Below, piece by piece: positions 61,129 through 64,000 of a stretch of DNA of 64,000 nt (its first letter is position 1; each line of letters starts with the position of its first letter). Position numbers and translations under genes: made by a program. The stretch spans positions 312,562 to 376,561 of the forward strand of contig CAWEPK010000009.1 of the NCBI GenBank assembly GCA_963810935.1. The letters run 5' to 3'. The stretch comes from an uncultured delta proteobacterium (lineage in GTDB: Bacteria > Desulfobacterota > Syntrophorhabdia > Syntrophorhabdales > WCHB1-27). Below the pieces are notes generated by a model that made no database searches, had not been told where the DNA came from, and worked only from the letters and a program-made list of their open reading frames with translations.

Positions 61129-62076
61129 ATGCAGGACCTGACCATAAACGGATTGCAGGGAAAACAGCCGGCTGCGCAGATCGACCCTTTTGCGGGCGTC
61201 AATTTCTCCGAGCTTGAGAAATCGCTGCGGAGGCCGAGGACGCTCATCAGCCTGTTTTCTAGCGGGCTCGTCGCCTTCATGACGCTCGTCGCCCTGATCC
61301 CCCTTTTCTCCGTCGTCTGGATGCTTGCCTGGCATGGCGGGCAAAAGCTGAGCCTGGCAGTCTTCACGCAGTTGCCGCCCGCGCCGCTCGAAGAGGGCGG
61401 GGGGTTCGGCAACGCCATCCTCGGCACGCTGGTGATGGTGGCCATGGCCGCCCTTATAAGCATCCCCTTCGGCATCTTAAGCGGGGTCTTTCTGGCGGAG
61501 ATCGGCCCGCAAAGCCGCCTTGCCCACGCTGTCAGGTTCGCGGCCAAGGTGCTTACCGGCTTCCCGTCGATCCTCGCGGGCGTCTTCGCGTACGGCGCGC
61601 TCGTCCTCCTCATGGGAGGATATTCGGCCATAGCAGGCGCGATCGCCCTTTTTATCCTCATGGTGCCTACGATCATCCTGACCTCGGAGGACGCTATCCG
61701 CATGGTCCCGGTGAAGATGCGGGAGGCGGCGGTAGGCATGGGTGCGACGACCACGCAGACGGTGTGGATGGTCCTCCTGCCTACCGCAATGCCCGGCATC
61801 CTTACGGGCATCATGCTCGCCATAGCGAGGGCGGCAGGCGAGACTGCGCCGCTGCTTTTCACGGCTCTTTTCAGCAACTACTGGCTTTTTGGAGGCGGGG
61901 AGATCGACCTGAGACAGCCCACCGCGTCACTTGCCGTTCTCATTTACAATTTCGCGAGCATGCCCTTCGAAAACCAGGTCGCCCTGGCGTGGGTGGCGGC
62001 TCTCGTGCTCGTCCTGCTGGTGCTAGTCACCAACCTTATCGGGCAGGCGTTCTCGCGGCGTCAAATTCATCAATAG
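61129..62076 (+). CDS. pstA: Phosphate ABC transporter permease
   Basis: GFPSILAG, REAAVGMGA, ARAAGETAPLL. Confidence 0.96.
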   Translation: MQDLTINGLQGKQPAAQIDPFAGVNFSELEKSLRRPRTLISLFSSGLVAFMTLVALIPLFSVVWMLAWHGGQKLSLAVFTQLPPAPLEEGGGFGNAILGTLVMVAMAALISIPFGILSGVFLAEIGPQSRLAHAVRFAAKVLTGFPSILAGVFAYGALVLLMGGYSAIAGAIALFILMVPTIILTSEDAIRMVPVKMREAAVGMGATTTQTVWMVLLPTAMPGILTGIMLAIARAAGETAPLLFTALFSNYWLFGGGEIDLRQPTASLAVLIYNFASMPFENQVALAWVAALVLVLLVLVTNLIGQAFSRRQIHQ

Positions 62077-62088
62077 GAGTAATTATCA

Positions 62089-62922
62089 ATGGCGAAAGCA
62101 GAGAAAGAGCCGGGAAACGGGCACAACGGGTCCGGCGGAGCCGACGGCGACGGCGTAGTCATCGACTGCAAGATCGATGAACTTTACTATGGGACGTTCA
62201 AGGCCGTGCGGGACACGACCATCCCCGTTATGAAGAACAGGATTACCGCTTTCATCGGGCCGTCCGGCTGCGGCAAGAGCACGGTGCTGCGGTGCATCAA
62301 CCGGATGAACGACCTGGTGCGGGGGTTCCGCTTCAAGGGGCACGTGCGCTTTCGCGGGCGCGACATCTACCATTCTTCGGTGGACCCGGTCGCAGTGCGC
62401 CGCTATATCGGCATGGTCTTCCAGCAGCCGAACCCCTTCGCCATGAGCATTTATAACAACGTAGCCTTCGGTCTGCGCCTCAACCGCTTCCAGGGGTCGA
62501 TACGCGACAAGGTGGAGGAAGCCCTCACACGGGCCGCCCTCTGGGAAGAGGTGAAGGACAAGCTGCAGAAAAGCGGCCTTTCCCTGTCCGGCGGACAGCA
62601 GCAGCGCCTCTGCATAGCAAGGGCCATTGCAACGGAGCCGGAAGTGCTCTTGATGGACGAGCCCTGCTCCGCCCTCGACCCCATCGCAACGAGGAAGATA
62701 GAAGAGCTGATGCTCGAGCTGAAAGACCGCTACACCATCGCAATCGTGACGCACAACCTTCAGCAGGCGCAGCGCGTGGCCGACCTGACGGGCTTCCTCT
62801 ACGTAGATACGACAGGGGGAGGACGCACGGGCTACCTGGTGGAATTCGGCGAATCGCAGCAGGTCTTCAACGCGCCGAGGGAGAAGCACACGAAAGAGTA
62901 TATCAGCGGAGAGTTCAGTTGA
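62089..62922 (+). CDS. pstB: Phosphate ABC transporter ATPase
   Basis: [46 protein letters not shown]. Confidence 0.97.
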   Translation: MAKAEKEPGNGHNGSGGADGDGVVIDCKIDELYYGTFKAVRDTTIPVMKNRITAFIGPSGCGKSTVLRCINRMNDLVRGFRFKGHVRFRGRDIYHSSVDPVAVRRYIGMVFQQPNPFAMSIYNNVAFGLRLNRFQGSIRDKVEEALTRAALWEEVKDKLQKSGLSLSGGQQQRLCIARAIATEPEVLLMDEPCSALDPIATRKIEELMLELKDRYTIAIVTHNLQQAQRVADLTGFLYVDTTGGGRTGYLVEFGESQQVFNAPREKHTKEYISGEFS

Positions 62923-62934
62923 TGGGGGCAGAAC

Positions 62935-64000
62935 ATGAGACGTGACATACGATTCAACAGGGTCTTGTCCGATTCCTGCCGGCGGCTTTGCATCGTCTGT
63001 TTTCTTGCCGCCTTTGTTGCGGCCGCTTGCTCCCAGGGCGGAGACAGCACGCGGCAGGCAGCCCGGCAACCCGCAAGGCAGGCGGCCTCCGTCAATCTGC
63101 GCGGGGCAGGCGCGACGTTCCCGGCCATCCTCTACAAACAGTGGTTCGCAGTCTATGAAAAGGAGCATCCGGGCACGAGCCGTCTCCTACGAGGCGGTCG
63201 GCAGCGGGGAAGGCATACGGCGCTTTATCGGCCGGAACGTCAGTGACCATGAGCGCGTCGATTTCGGAGCGAGCGACGCAGCCATGACGGACGCAGAGAT
63301 GGCAGCCGTAGACAGGGGCGCCCTCCTGCTCCCTGCAACGGCCGGCGGCGTTGTACTTGCCTATAACGTACCGGGGTTCGATGGGGAATTGAAGCTCTCA
63401 AGGGATGCCTACGCCCGCATTTTCCTGGGCGAGATCAAGATGTGGAACGATCCCGCCATAGCGAAGACGAACCCCGGCGTCAGGCTGCCCAGGCTCAGCA
63501 TCGCTACCGTGGTGCGCCAGGACGGAAGCGGCACTACCTTTGCCTTCACGAACCACCTCAGATCGATAAGTCAGAACATGGCGCGACTCGCCACGGTGCA
63601 GCCACGTACGTCGACTGGCCGGGCAACGCCATGCGGGCTGTCGGGAACGAAGGCGTCGCCGGCCGGATAGGCCACTCTGCGGGCGCGATAGGCTACGTAG
63701 GGTACGAGTTCGCTCACCGCCTCGGCCTCAAACTCGCAGTCCTCGAAAACCGGGAGGGTGCGTTCGTAAGGCCCGGCCCGGAAGGCTTCTCCGCAGCCCT
63801 GGCCTCCGCCGACATGCCCGATAACCTCCGCGTCTTTATACCGGACCCTCCAGGCAAGGGCGCCTATCCTATCGTCACCTTCACGTGGGTGCTCCTCTAC
63901 AGGACGTACGACCCGGCTGCCGGGCCGGCGATCCAGGACCTTTTCCGCTGGTGCCTCGCCCAGGGGCAGGGCTACGCTGCTGAACAAGGCTACCTGCCGC
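62935..64000 (+). CDS. pstS: Second PstS paralogue (probable lipoprotein); two +1 frameshifts; runs off window
   Basis: VAAAC lipobox-like, GAGATFPAILY / YEAVGSGEG, DFGASDA, RQDGSGTT / GNEGVAG...AYPIVTFTW across three frames. Confidence 0.88.

Overview
GC-rich bacterial chromosome segment, almost all housekeeping genes. Gene content suggests an anaerobic deltaproteobacterium, possibly Syntrophorhabdus-like (inference only). In order: hslU(partial)-hslV-xerC; an OYE-family flavin/Fe-S oxidoreductase plus ferredoxin; tig-clpP-clpX-tRNA-Val-tRNA-Asp; a GT2 glycosyltransferase; IclR; an unclassified structured leader RNA before a RACo/ASKHA corrinoid activator; a Kdo-kinase-like gene; acs; rpmB; rel; lpxK-leuA-leuC-leuD-asd; iscS-iscU; aminotransferase-serA-adenine deaminase-HAD; a sigma54-type EF-hand gene; an AT-richer accessory patch (~33.3-36.8 kb); a cobalamin riboswitch and an ~17.6 kb anaerobic cob/cbi operon ending in an unassigned BPL_N/GATase-like gene; degP with a two-component system; and pstSCAB plus a second pstS. 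About 11 genes are broken, mostly by single-base insertions that are probably uncorrected long-read errors. Best leads: the promoter-pseudoknot-terminator RNA at 9.44-9.57 kb, the orphan gene closing a cob operon that lacks cbiJ, two kinds of intergenic palindromic/repeat elements, and several apparently leaderless genes. No CRISPR array, rRNA or transposase was seen.
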